Positions 62,842 through 64,000 of a DNA stretch of 64,000 nucleotides are shown here, piece by piece. Both the position numbers and the translations under genes were made by a program. Under the pieces are notes generated by a model. It was not told the origin of the DNA, ran no database searches, and saw only the letters and a program-made list of their open reading frames with translations. Source of the DNA: Squalus acanthias (Eukaryota); NCBI GenBank assembly GCA_030390025.1, contig CM059431.1, positions 95,544,001 to 95,608,000 on the forward strand, read 5' to 3'. Positions within the stretch are counted from its first letter, which is position 1; every line of letters begins with the position of its first letter.

Positions 62842-64000
62842 TTTTTGAGGATGTAACTGGGAAAATAGATAAGGGAGAACCAGTAGATGTGGTGTATTTG
62901 GACTTTCAAAAGGCTTTCAATAAGGTCCCGCATAAGAGATTAGCGTGTAAAGTTAAGGCACCTGGGATTGGGGGCAAGGTATTGACTTGGATAGAGAACT
63001 GGTTGGCGGACAGAAAGCAGAGAGTAGGAATTAATGGGTCTTTTTCCGAGTGGCAAGCAGTGACTAGTGGGGTACCGCAGGGATCGGTCCTTGGACCCCA
63101 GCTATTCACAATATACATTAATAATCTATATAAGGGAACTAAATGTAATATCTCCAAGTTTGCAGATGACACAAAGCTGGGTGGGAGTGTGTGCTGCGAG
63201 GAGGATACCGAGAAACTCCAGGATGATTTGGACAGGTTGGGTCAGTGGGCAGAAGCGTTGCAGATGCAATATAACGTGGATAAGTGCGAGGTTATCCACT
63301 TTGGTGTCAAAAACAGAAAGGCAGACTATTATCTGAATGGCAATAGATTGGGAGAAGGGGAAGTGCAACGAGACCTGGGTGTCCTTGTGCACCAGTCGCT
63401 GAAAGTAAGCATGCAGGTGCAGCAGGCGGTGAAGAAGGCAAATGGTATGTTGGCCTTCATAGCGAAAGGGTTTGAGTATAGGAACAGGGATGTCCTGCTG
63501 CAGTTGTACAGGGCCTTGGTGAGACCACACCTTGAGTACTGTGTGCAGTTTTGGTCGCCTTATCTGAGGAAGGATGTTCTTGCCATGGAAGGAGTTCAGC
63601 GAAGATTCACAAGGCTGATACCTGGGATGGCAGGAATGACATATGAGGAGAGATTGGGTCGATTGGGCTTATACTCGCTGGAGTACAGAAGAATGAGAGG
63701 GGATCTCATCGAAACATATAAAATTCTGACAGGTCTGGACAAACTAGATGCAGGAAGAATGTTCCCGATGGTCGGAGAGTCCAGAACCAGGCGTCATAAT
63801 CTAAGGATAACGGGGTAAGCCATTTAGGACAGAAATGAGGAAGAATTTCTTCACCCAGAGAGTGGTGAACCTGTGGAATTCTCTACCGCAGAAGGTAGTT
63901 GAGGCCAAGTCATTGAATATATTCAAGAATGAGTTAGATATATTTCTTAAAGCTAAAGGTATCAAGGGATATGGGGAGAAGGCAGGTACAGGGTACTGAG
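62842..64000 (+). mobile_element. CR1 RT 3' portion, near-identical to 27650-28810
   Basis: 338-aa ORF with RT motifs. Runs off the window end. Confidence 0.9.

Noticed and set aside
62842..64000. Segmental duplication of 27650-28810
   Set aside because: Similarity is limited to CR1 sequence and the left flanks are unrelated, consistent with a young CR1 subfamily.
1..64000. CRISPR arrays, rRNA or prokaryotic systems
   Set aside because: No repeat-spacer arrays, rRNA-like sequence or operon structure was seen. This is vertebrate intronic DNA.

Overview
Eukaryotic genomic DNA, most likely from a cartilaginous fish (inferred from the CR1 LINE, Deu-domain SINE, Penelope and Harbinger repertoire). 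The window lies inside the BCL9 gene on the minus strand. Two coding exons are visible: a 100-bp exon (50349-50250, second half of the Pygopus-binding HD1) and a 2275-bp exon (11957-9683, beta-catenin-binding HD2 and HD3), joined in frame across a 38.3-kb intron. Nearly everything else is nested transposable-element DNA: many CR1 fragments, one full-length and several decayed PIF/Harbinger elements, two Harbinger MITE families, Penelope-like elements carrying minimal hammerhead ribozymes, two Deu-type tRNA SINEs, and a young near-intact Gypsy LTR element with a tRNA-Trp PBS. Main observations: (i) four intact minimal hammerhead ribozymes, with compensatory stem changes in one family; (ii) repeated insertion of three unrelated TE classes into the CR1 3' octamer microsatellite; (iii) a C-NNN-G Harbinger target consensus; (iv) a possible in-frame BCL9-to-Harbinger terminal-exon splice. 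All coordinates were read by eye, and repeat boundaries are approximate.
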